Assembly (NCBI GenBank): GCA_963759805.1
Contig: CAVXAT010000011.1
Location: 32,001 to 96,000 of the forward strand
Source of the DNA: an uncultured bacterium
GTDB lineage: Bacteria > Babelota > Babeliae > Babelales > RVW-14
Direction of reading: 5' to 3'
Length of the DNA: 64,000 nucleotides
Of the stretch, positions 31,831 through 41,356 are shown piece by piece. The notes beneath the pieces are model-generated. The model saw only the letters and a program-made list of their open reading frames with translations, was not told where the DNA came from and searched no databases. The position numbers were made by a program, and so were the translations under genes. Numbering within the stretch: position 1 is the stretch's first letter; each line of letters starts with the position of its first letter.

Positions 31831-33198
31831 ATGGACATATTTCAGTATCAAAAACAACAAAATTTGAATTCTGGGAAATCGAACTCCCAAACCCCAAACA
31901 CGGGCGCTTCAGAGTTCAGAAAAAGTCCCATTCCACTAGCTGCTCGCATGCGTCCAAAAACGCTTGCCACATACATCGGGCAAGAGCATATTTTGGGGCA
32001 GGGCAAGTTGCTGCGCAAAGCCATTGAAACCGACAAGCTATTTTCTTCCATGATTTTATGGGGACCTCCTGGCACAGGAAAAACAACTCTTGCAACAATA
32101 ATTGCAAACTCCACCAAATCTAATTTTGAGGTAATCAGCGCCGTGACGGCAGGAGTTGCAGAAATAAGGCAGTTGGTTGCAACAGCCAAACAGAAGCTCG
32201 AGATTTATAATCAAAGAACAATTGCCCTTGTTGATGAGATTCATCGTTTCAATAAAGCGCAGCAAGACGCCTTATTACCGCATGTTGAAAATGGAACAAT
32301 AATTTTAATTGGTGCCACAACTGAGAATCCGTATTTTGAAGTTATTTCAGCACTTCTCTCGCGCTCACGCGTTTTTAATTTAAAGCCTTTAACCCAAGAA
32401 CAACTTATAAATTTACTAAATCAGGCAATTAACGACAAACATAATGGATACGGCGACAGGCAGATAAAAATTACTGTGCCTGCCCTTGAGCATATCGCAA
32501 ATATCGCCGGTGGCGATGCACGCTCTGCGCTCAACGCCTTAGAACTCTCAGTCGAGGCGGTAAGCCCGGACCAGGACGGAATGATCAACATTGATCTTGA
32601 AACTGCACAGGAAGCAATGCAACAAAGGGCTGTAAGCTATGACAAAAATGGCGACGGGCATTATGACACAATCAGTGCATTTATAAAATCCATTCGCGGG
32701 TCTGATCCTGATGCCGCTCTGTACTGGCTTGCAAAAATGATTTATGCAGGAGAGGATCCCAAATTTATCATGCGCCGGTTACTTATTCTTGCATCAGAAG
32801 ATATTGGCCTTGCCGACCCACTTGGAATCGTAGTTGTTTCAGCCTGTGCCCAGGCGCTTGAATGGTGCGGGTTACCCGAAGCTCAATATCATTTGGCTCA
32901 AGCAACTGCTTATCTTGCAACAGCAGCTAAGAGCAACTCCATGAAAAGTTATTTTGAAGCGCTGGGCGAAGTACAAAAGGAGGGGAAAGTGCAAGTCCCG
33001 ACCCACCTCCAAGATTCAAGCCGGGATGGAAAGGCGCTGGGTCATGGCCAGGGGTATAAGTATCCACACGATTTTCCGGGTCACTGGGTTGAACAGAATT
33101 ATATGCCCGAGAATTTGCAGGGTAAAAATTTTTATACCCCAAGTGATCAGGGGTATGAGAAAAAGATTTCTGAGAGATTGAAAAATATGGTAAAATAG
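31831..33198 (+). CDS. rarA: Replication-associated recombination protein A
   Basis: [35 protein letters not shown] and ASEDIGLAD motifs. Confidence 0.96.
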   Translation: MDIFQYQKQQNLNSGKSNSQTPNTGASEFRKSPIPLAARMRPKTLATYIGQEHILGQGKLLRKAIETDKLFSSMILWGPPGTGKTTLATIIANSTKSNFEVISAVTAGVAEIRQLVATAKQKLEIYNQRTIALVDEIHRFNKAQQDALLPHVENGTIILIGATTENPYFEVISALLSRSRVFNLKPLTQEQLINLLNQAINDKHNGYGDRQIKITVPALEHIANIAGGDARSALNALELSVEAVSPDQDGMINIDLETAQEAMQQRAVSYDKNGDGHYDTISAFIKSIRGSDPDAALYWLAKMIYAGEDPKFIMRRLLILASEDIGLADPLGIVVVSACAQALEWCGLPEAQYHLAQATAYLATAAKSNSMKSYFEALGEVQKEGKVQVPTHLQDSSRDGKALGHGQGYKYPHDFPGHWVEQNYMPENLQGKNFYTPSDQGYEKKISERLKNMVK

Positions 33199-33210
33199 GG
33201 GCGCAGGCTT

Positions 33211-33242
33211 GTCATGCTGAACTCGTTTCAGCATCCATGGAT
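33211..33242 (+). repeat. Family C REP-like palindrome
   Basis: GTCATGCTGAACTCGTTTCAGCATCCATGGAT, just downstream of rarA. Confidence 0.8.
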
Positions 33243-33313
33243 AAATTCATTCCACATTATTGCAATTAGGTAAACTGTCTAATTTAAATTTAAAAAACTG
33301 TAAGGCCAATTTT

Positions 33314-34966
33314 ATGACGACTGATTTTTTAGTACTCCTCCCCCCATTAATCGTAATTTTAATGGCAACGTACACAAAAAACACCCGAATATCTCTGTTT
33401 TTAGGAATTTTTTCTGCCGCTCTTATTATTAATAACTTTTTGATTTGGGGGACATTAAAAACAATTTTTGATAATTTCTTAATCGCCATTGAATTCGACA
33501 AATTAAAAAGTTTGCAGACACTTTGGAGTTGTGAAAGAATTTTTATTTTATTATTTCTCTTGATGCTGGGCATAATCATTTCATTGCTAGAACATTCGGG
33601 CAGTGCTTATGCCTATGGAAACTATGTAACAACAAAACTTAAATCAATTAAAAAAGCAGAGCTGTCTTCTTTAATTCTCTCATTCTTTTTCTTTATAGAC
33701 GATTATTTTAGCTGCTTAACTGTCGGATCTGTTATGCAACCAATTACAGATCAGTTTAAAATACCCCGAGTAAAACTGGCATTCTTGGTAAGTTCGGTAG
33801 CAGTTCCGCTTGCAATCATATTTCCCCTGTCAAGCTGGGTTGCTTACATTTTGGGGCAATTAGGACAAACCGGAGTATCAACTTGCATAAACGCTTCAAC
33901 TGTCATCCAGGGCGATCCTTTCTTTTTATACCTAAAGACTATTCCATTTCTGTTCTATGCCTTAATTGTCGTATTTTCAATCTGGTTTATAGTTTTAAGG
34001 CGCTTGTCATTTGGAGTTGTTGCAAAGCATGAGGCAGTTGCCCAAGCAACCGGAACTCTTTTTGGAGGGAAGCAGGCCTTGACCCGCAAATCACAAGAAT
34101 CAATGGCCGAAAGAGATAGTTGCACACCCAAAAATTGTACGCTCTGGGATTTTCTTCTTCCAATCATGCTACTAATAACCTCGACAGTAATGGAAACTTT
34201 AAGAAGCGGACAATTTTTTATTTTTGGGGGCTCCAACGGAATTATTCAAGCTTTATTTAACGCAAATATCTCTGCAGCGCTTTTTAAAAGCAGCGTGTTT
34301 ACTATCATTATCACAGCTACTTACTTTATCATTAGAAAAAGAGTTCATATTAAAGATTTAGGCATGATCGCGAGAGAAGGCATAAACCTGATGAAATCAT
34401 CTGTGCTGCTTCTCGTCTTGATCTTGACATTCAGTAAAATTTTACAGAATGATTTGAAAATAGGGGATTTTATTGTCCAACATATTGGATATATCAATAT
34501 CAGTTATCTTCCTGTAATTTTATTTTTAATAGCAGGTCTGGTGACTACACTTATGTGCTCTGCATGGGCATCAATGGGACTAATCATTCCAATTGGAATA
34601 CCAATGCTGGTTTCTCTTTCTGGTGTAGAAACTCCCATTGCACTATCTAGTATTCCAATGATTTACCCGGTACTTGGAGCAATAATTTCAGGCGCTATCA
34701 TTGGAAATCAATTATCACCTGTAGCAGACGTCATGTTAATGTCGGCTACAAGTTCCGGATGTTATCACATGGATCTTGTTAAAGCTCAAGCAAGTTTAAC
34801 AATTCCAAGCATATTTTCCGGAGCATTGGCATTTTTGTGTGCCGGATTATTAATATCAAAATGCGGCGTCGCAGCATCTTTAGGGGTATCTCTCTTAGTT
34901 GGTATATCAAGTAATTTTATAATTTTATATGTTCTGGATTTACTTCAAAGAAGAAGATCTTCTTAA
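33314..34966 (+). CDS. Na+/H+ antiporter NhaC family transporter
   Basis: FIDDYF, PLSSW and GAIISGAIIGNQLSP..D motifs; multiple TM helices. Confidence 0.88.
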   Translation: MTTDFLVLLPPLIVILMATYTKNTRISLFLGIFSAALIINNFLIWGTLKTIFDNFLIAIEFDKLKSLQTLWSCERIFILLFLLMLGIIISLLEHSGSAYAYGNYVTTKLKSIKKAELSSLILSFFFFIDDYFSCLTVGSVMQPITDQFKIPRVKLAFLVSSVAVPLAIIFPLSSWVAYILGQLGQTGVSTCINASTVIQGDPFFLYLKTIPFLFYALIVVFSIWFIVLRRLSFGVVAKHEAVAQATGTLFGGKQALTRKSQESMAERDSCTPKNCTLWDFLLPIMLLITSTVMETLRSGQFFIFGGSNGIIQALFNANISAALFKSSVFTIIITATYFIIRKRVHIKDLGMIAREGINLMKSSVLLLVLILTFSKILQNDLKIGDFIVQHIGYINISYLPVILFLIAGLVTTLMCSAWASMGLIIPIGIPMLVSLSGVETPIALSSIPMIYPVLGAIISGAIIGNQLSPVADVMLMSATSSGCYHMDLVKAQASLTIPSIFSGALAFLCAGLLISKCGVAASLGVSLLVGISSNFIILYVLDLLQRRRSS

Positions 34967-35012
34967 TTTTTAAAAGGGGCCTCTTAATTTTTAAGAAGCC
35001 CTCATATCAATC

Positions 35013-38000
35013 TTAAGATTTTGCAACTCTAATATTTGTATATGCGACAGGCACATCCCAACCGCCCAATCCAAAATATTTGGGAGTTATTTGATTCGCT
35101 GAGGCTATTGTCCAGCTACCCTTTACATTTGAACCGGCAACACTCCCTGTTCCAAATGAAAGCTTGCTTCCAACTAACTGCACCCAGTAATTTCCCACTC
35201 CACTGCTCACACCAACTCCTTGAATATCAGTCCCCAGAGAGGTGCTATAGTTTGCATCGCCTACCAGGCTTGTGTAACTATTATTACCCCTCCCAATAGC
35301 AATCTGATAAATCTTTCCAGATCGGTCTAGGGTTGACGAAAATGCCACTACAATCGACCTAGCTCCACTCGCTTGAAATAACAGCACCGCTCCATTACTG
35401 TAAGTCCATTGTGAACTAAACAAAACAGCTCCGGTTCCCATTGTCGCCGGAACAAAATTAAAAGATGCTCCACCAGGTGTTCCTAAAGCAATATTTATCA
35501 AATCCGAACTAATGTCACTATTCATCGCCGCAAAACTCTCTGCTGGAGAAATTAATTTTGATGTTACAAGAGTTGCATACCAAGCAAGTAAAATCTGTAA
35601 TTTTGCCTGGTCTGTTCTTGGCCTTGCATTGTGTAAATTAGTTAATGCTGTCCAAAAGCTTGCCTGTACTGAAGTGTAATCAAATTTTGTATTTACACTT
35701 GTTACCAATGCCTGTAACACTGACAACTGTGAGTCATAAGTTGATGCCGTCACAGCAAAATTATTTAATATACTATTCACTCTTGCCATCTCAGCCTGTT
35801 GAAGAGCCACTTGGGCAATACTTGCCAAATCCGAATTAATATCATTGTTCATTGTCGTAAAACTGTTAGCTGTCGAAACTAATTTTGATGTTGCAAGAGT
35901 CGCATACCAGGCGCCTAAAGCCTGCAATCTTACCTGGTCTGTTCTCGGTCTTGAATTGTGTAAATTAGTTAAAGCAGTCCAAAAACTTGCCTGAACAGAA
36001 GTGTAATCCAGTGATGGATTTGCCTGCAAATTTGTAGCTACACTTGTTACCAATGCTTGTAATACTGACAACTGAGAGTCATAAGTCGATGCTGTTACAG
36101 TAAAGTTATTTAATATATTACTCACTCTTGCCATCTCAGCCGATTCTTGGGTAAGATACGCTAAATTTGCATTAATATCGCTATTCATCACAGCAAAACT
36201 GCTAGTCGAAGCAACTAACTTAGATGTTGTAAGGGTTGCATACCAAGCTAGCAACGTCTGCAATCTTACCGGATCGTTTGTTGGTCTTGCAGCATGCAAA
36301 TTAGTCAAAGCAGTCCAAAAACTTGCCTGCACCGATGAATAATTCAATGATGGATTTGCCTGCAAATTGGTATTAACACTTGTTACCAATGTTTGCAAGC
36401 ACTACCAACTGAGAGTCATAAGTTGAAGCTGTCACAGTAAAATTCTTTAATATATTATTAACTCTTGTCATCTCAGCCGATTGAATAGACGCTTGTGTAA
36501 TACTGGCTAAATTTGAATTAATATCATTAATCATTGATGTAAAACTACTGGTCGATGAAACCAATGGTGATGTTGTAAGAGTTGCATACCAAGTTTTCAA
36601 AGCCTGTAATCTTACCGAGTCTGTTGTTGGTCTTGCAGCATGTAAATTAGTCACAGCAGTCCAAAAACTTGGTTGTACTGCAGCATAACTCACTAACGGG
36701 TTTGCCTTTACATTCGCATTTACAGTTGCCACCAATGCTTGCAATGCTGCCAACTGAGAATTATAGTTTGCAGCCGTCACGGTAAAATTATTTAATGTAT
36801 TACTTAGTGCTGCAGACGATTGGGTTGAGGTCACAGTTTCTACTCCAACCTGCGTCAACCAGGTTGTCACATTCGCATTTTCCGCAAAAGTTAAAAAGTT
36901 TTGATTCAAAGCATTATTTAACAATGTCTGCAGATCTGTCAATGTAGATGCCGTTCTGTTGTTATAAAAATTTTGAATCGCCGAGTAAATCGAATTCCCT
37001 ACACTTGGGTAATCCTGCAAATAACTCTGATTGAACAACCCTGAGGTCAGCCCAACGACATTAGCATTCAACAATGCGGATGTTCCCGACTGTGTTTTAT
37101 CACTTAATATCGTCACCAAAGCCTGTTGAGTCTCAGTCACAATCTGTGCCAACCAACTTTGAATTGTAGAAGCTTGGGATGAGGTCAAAAACGCCTTATT
37201 TTGCGCATTGGTTAGCAATAGCTGCACATCTCCTAATGGATATGACGTCCTGTTGTTATAGAAATTTTGAATTGCCGTAAAAATCGAGTTGCCTGAACTT
37301 GGATAATTTTGTAAATAAGATTGATTAAAGCTTGCAATTAAACTCACAGCCATTGAATTGACCGGACCGGTTGTGAATTGTGGAGCCGTGCTTGTTGCAG
37401 TGGGCGAAACCACATTTGCATTCAGCAATGCCGGCGTTCCGGACTGCGCCGGATTGGCTAGAATTGCACTCAAAGAGGCCTGTATATCCTGCCTAACCAG
37501 CGTCAGCCAATTTTTGACATCCGAACTCTCTGATGTAGTTAAAAAAGCTTTATTTTGAGCATTATTTAGCAATATCTGCACATCTCCATTGGAAAGAGGT
37601 GTTCTATTAAGATAGAAATTCTTAATTGCCGCATAAATTGAGTTTGAAATATTTGGATAATCTTGCAAGTACGATTGATTAAACACATTATTTGCAGCTG
37701 CAACCACATTTGCATTCAATAACGCCGGAGTTCCGGACTGTGTCACGTCTCCCAATATCGAGACCAAGGATGCCTGAACCTGAGATTGAGATTGCACTTG
37801 AGAGGAAGGGGTGGCGTTGGAGAAGGAGTTTGTGGTGGGTGTTGGAGCAGGTGTAGTAGCAGGCGTTGGAGTGGGTTGGTGTAAGGGTTGGTGTTGGAGC
37901 AGACGTTATAGTCGGAGCTAGTAGGACTGAGTTGGTGTTGGAGGTAAATATCCAGGAGTTGTAGTTATAGGCGCTGCAGCTTTGGCAGGCGCAACCACGG

Positions 38001-38719
38001 GTTGTACCTGCACACCCTGTGTTACCGGAAATTGTGCAACCGGTGCTATGTGCTGCTTGTACCTGTGTTGAGATTGGATAACCAACTTGTGGAGCTTGCC
38101 AACTTGCTGGCACTACTGGCACACTTGGTTGCACCACAGGTGGTTGACCCACAGGCAATACTGCTGAAAAATCTGGGGCCGTAAATGTGGATGGCTGTGA
38201 TACAGGTGCTGGGAAAGCTCCTGGTGTTAAACCCGAAGACGCAGGAGTAGGCCCAAAAGTTTGGGGGCCAGCGGCAGCGGCAGCACTAGCAGGAGTAGCA
38301 GCAGGAGCCTCTGGCTCCAACAAGTCTAAAGCTAATTGACTTTGCGCCGATGTATCTTGTGAGGGTGGCAGGTTCTGTAAGCCAGGTTTGTGCAGGAGCA
38401 GGTATGGTGCAGGAGCTAAGCCGGTTGCAGTAACAGAACCAGGCGCAGCTGCAGGAGCCAAACCGGTTGCAGGCGCGGGCACAGCTGCAGAAGCTAAGCC
38501 AGACGCAGGTGCAGGAGCCAATCCGATAACAGGCGCGGGTACGGCAGCCGAGACTTGTAATTGCTCAGACCTTACAACATTCCCAGACGGTTCCAATAAT
38601 TCTGAAATCAAATCTTGATCCGAAGAGGCTCGTACTGACATAAACTGAGTTTGCAGACCAAATAACGCAATCCAAACCAGTAATGGTGAGACCAATCTTT
38701 CATACCACTTCATTCCCAT
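35013..38719 (-). CDS. Large secreted repeat protein (Pro/Ala/Thr-rich N-region, two helical repeat types, C-terminal beta domain); several apparent frameshifts
   Basis: Three overlapping ORFs (37688-38719, 36373-37797, 35013-36398); a repeat unit is broken across the frame junction near 36400. Confidence 0.75.
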
Positions 38720-38735
38720 TCTCCTTCTTACTACA

Positions 38736-40298
38736 TCATTTATTCAAAAAATGAAGTTTAATCCCAAACTGTTTTCTAGTTAAAAATGCAAATAACATAA
38801 CTACGCCGCCCAATCCAAAAACAATAATCCAATAACCAATCCCGATATTAAAGAAGTTAGTCCATGAGGTATCTTTCACTAACCACAATATCAAGAAATA
38901 CTCGGTTAAAAAAATTATACTTGCAAGCACAAGTTGCGCCACATATCGAGCTAAAAAATTAAAATAATTTGCGAAATAAAATGTAAAGTGATGCTTTTTG
39001 TGCAAAAAGTAGAAGCATAAAACTGTAACAATCATGCCTGATGCACTAGCCGCAGCCGCAAAACCATAAGCCCCAAAATAGTAAATTCCCAGAGCATCAC
39101 CCATTATATTAACAAGTGCAGAACAAGCCAATGCAATCGTTGTTGAAGTTGTATCTTTCATTGCATAAAAAATAGTTAGTAAAGATTTGTTTAAACAAAA
39201 GAAGAAAAGACCTGAAAGATAAATAATTAAAATCCAAGCGCCTTGAGATGCAAGAACCGGGTCTTTAGTTTTGGCCAGCATAACATTGGAAAAAAGATGA
39301 TTAGAAACAAACATTAAAAAAATTGTTGCCGGAATAATCATCCATGAAACAAATTTTGTAACCTCAAGAATATAAAAGTTTAGGCGTTTTGGAGCATAAA
39401 GGACCACACGTGAAAAATGAGCAAACATTACATTTGAAAATGCCACAGCAAAAACGCCTAGCGGAATATTCATAAATCTGCTGCCATAGTAAAGTAATGT
39501 AGGCAACCCAACTGATAGATATGATGCAAGAATATTACTGACAAAAAGATTTATTTCTACTATTCCTACCCCAAAAAAACATGGCAAAAATTTGGCTAAA
39601 ACGCTTTTGAACTCTTTTATAGATTTCGATGAGATATGCCCAAGCATAAAACCATGCTTGAGGTAAAAAAACGTATTCATTGCAAGCCAAGCAAATCCTC
39701 CCACAATTATTCCAATACAAATAACTGTAGCAGATGGAATAAAGTAAAGAGCCACGATGGCCCCACCCACAAAGCAGATATTCCACAAGACAACTCCAAA
39801 TGCCGGAATGGCAAAACAATTTACGGCATTTAACGCGCCCGCAAGTAATGTGCTGCTGGAAACCAAAAGCAAAAATGGAAAAAGTATTCGCAGAAAGGGA
39901 ATTGCGTAATTAAGACGTTCTTGTGAAAATCCGGGAGCAAGAAGCCACATAACAAATTCCGTCTTAAAAAATACAAAAATGCTAAGTAAAAGAATCACGC
40001 CCTCAAAGAACAGAAATGACACTGTCATCAAGCCGCTTGCCTCTTTTTTATCACCCTCTTTTAAAGATTTTACAAACGCCGGAACAAAGGCTGCACTCAT
40101 GGCTCCTTCTGCGAAAATGTGTCTTAAAAAATTGGGGAATTTTAAAGCAGCATAAAATGCATCTGACATTGCCCCAACTCCAAAGAATTGGGCAAGTAAA
40201 ATCTCTCTTGCTATACCTAAAAAACGGCTAATAAGAGTCATTGCACCGGTTTGGGCTGTTTTTTTTAAAATATCACGTTTATTTAACGAAAGACTCAT
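38736..40298 (-). CDS. murJ: Lipid II flippase MurJ
   Basis: SRFLGIARE, DAF, PNFLRHIFAEGAMSAAFVP; start placed at ATG 40298. Confidence 0.94.
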   Translation of the reverse strand: MSLSLNKRDILKKTAQTGAMTLISRFLGIAREILLAQFFGVGAMSDAFYAALKFPNFLRHIFAEGAMSAAFVPAFVKSLKEGDKKEASGLMTVSFLFFEGVILLLSIFVFFKTEFVMWLLAPGFSQERLNYAIPFLRILFPFLLLVSSSTLLAGALNAVNCFAIPAFGVVLWNICFVGGAIVALYFIPSATVICIGIIVGGFAWLAMNTFFYLKHGFMLGHISSKSIKEFKSVLAKFLPCFFGVGIVEINLFVSNILASYLSVGLPTLLYYGSRFMNIPLGVFAVAFSNVMFAHFSRVVLYAPKRLNFYILEVTKFVSWMIIPATIFLMFVSNHLFSNVMLAKTKDPVLASQGAWILIIYLSGLFFFCLNKSLLTIFYAMKDTTSTTIALACSALVNIMGDALGIYYFGAYGFAAAASASGMIVTVLCFYFLHKKHHFTFYFANYFNFLARYVAQLVLASIIFLTEYFLILWLVKDTSWTNFFNIGIGYWIIVFGLGGVVMLFAFLTRKQFGIKLHFLNK

Positions 40299-40328
40299 GC
40301 AAATCCTACAACTTTTAAAAATCTCATT

Positions 40329-40473
40329 AGATCTCTTCTGAAACTCGCATCCTTCGACAGGCTCCCAGCCTTCGCTTTGGGTAGCTTCGGCGGGCACGGC
40401 AGGATGAGCGCATCGGGGAGTCGCGCTCGTGGTGAGCTTGTCGAACCATCACCCATACCAATGGGTGACGCGC
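40329..40473. repeat. Intergenic composite of two inverted family A copies with family B (40365-40400) nested
   Basis: AGATCTCTTCTG..ACTCGCATCCTTCGACAGGCTC[36 bp]AGGATGAGCG..GCGCTCGTGGTGAGCTTGTCGAACCATCACCCAT..GGTGACGCGC. Confidence 0.9.
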
Positions 40474-40489
40474 TGGGCCTCAGAAAATT

Positions 40490-41188
40490 TCATTTTACAA
40501 GTAAACCATCATGTAATGTATAAACAACTTCCATTCTATTATAAACATCCGGGTCGTGTGAACAGATGATCACACCCATCCCCCATTCCTCTTTTGCCCG
40601 TAACATTAAATCTACAACATTTTTTGCATTGTCAGAATCTAAATTTCCGGTTGGCTCATCGGCAAGTAAAAATAAAGGTCTGTTAAAAATTGCTCTGGCA
40701 ATTGAAACCCTCTGCTGCTCCCCGCCTGAGAGCTCTCCTGGATAATTATTCTCTTTACCCATTAACCCCATGATTTGCAACAACTCAAATGCCCTAACCC
40801 GACATTTTTTACTGCGTTCGCCCTTGACCAGTCCAACCAACATAATGTTTTCAAGTACAGTTAATTCTTTGATTAAGTAGTGAAACTGAAAAACAAATCC
40901 CATTGTGTGACTTAAAAATTTTTCTTTTTCCGACTGTTTTAATTTATAAATATCTTTTGTATCAAACGTCACCAGCCCACTAGTTGGAGCATCCAATCCG
41001 CCTAAGATATGCATTAGGGTAGATTTTCCACTTCCCGAAACACCCTTAATTGCATAAGAGATCCCCTTGCAAAAGTCCACAGATATGCCTTTCAGGACAT
41101 GGCTAAGTTTTTCGTCACTACCAAAATCTTTACAAACATTGGTTGCAATCAAGCGATCGGAAAATTGCCCAAGCATTTTATTCTCCAA
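40490..41188 (-). CDS. lolD: ABC transporter ATP-binding protein, LolD-like
   Basis: GVSGSGKST, GFVFQFHYL, LSGGEQQRV and ADEPTGNLD motifs. Confidence 0.85.
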   Translation of the reverse strand: MENKMLGQFSDRLIATNVCKDFGSDEKLSHVLKGISVDFCKGISYAIKGVSGSGKSTLMHILGGLDAPTSGLVTFDTKDIYKLKQSEKEKFLSHTMGFVFQFHYLIKELTVLENIMLVGLVKGERSKKCRVRAFELLQIMGLMGKENNYPGELSGGEQQRVSIARAIFNRPLFLLADEPTGNLDSDNAKNVVDLMLRAKEEWGMGVIICSHDPDVYNRMEVVYTLHDGLLVK

Positions 41189-41356
41189 AAAGTAATTCCG
41201 CGTTTTTTTTAAACATCTTAATCATTATTACCCCCTTAAAATACGATATTCTTTTAGATATTACCAATTCTATTGCATTATCAAAAGCAAATTCTTTAAA
41301 ATTCAATTTAGAATACAGGGGCAAATTTAGGACAAATCAAAGGGGGAAGGGGAGTA

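Noticed and set aside
40299..40397. N-terminal extension of MurJ in the ORF track
   Set aside because: Derived from the upstream repeat composite; ATG 40298 gives a normal MurJ start.
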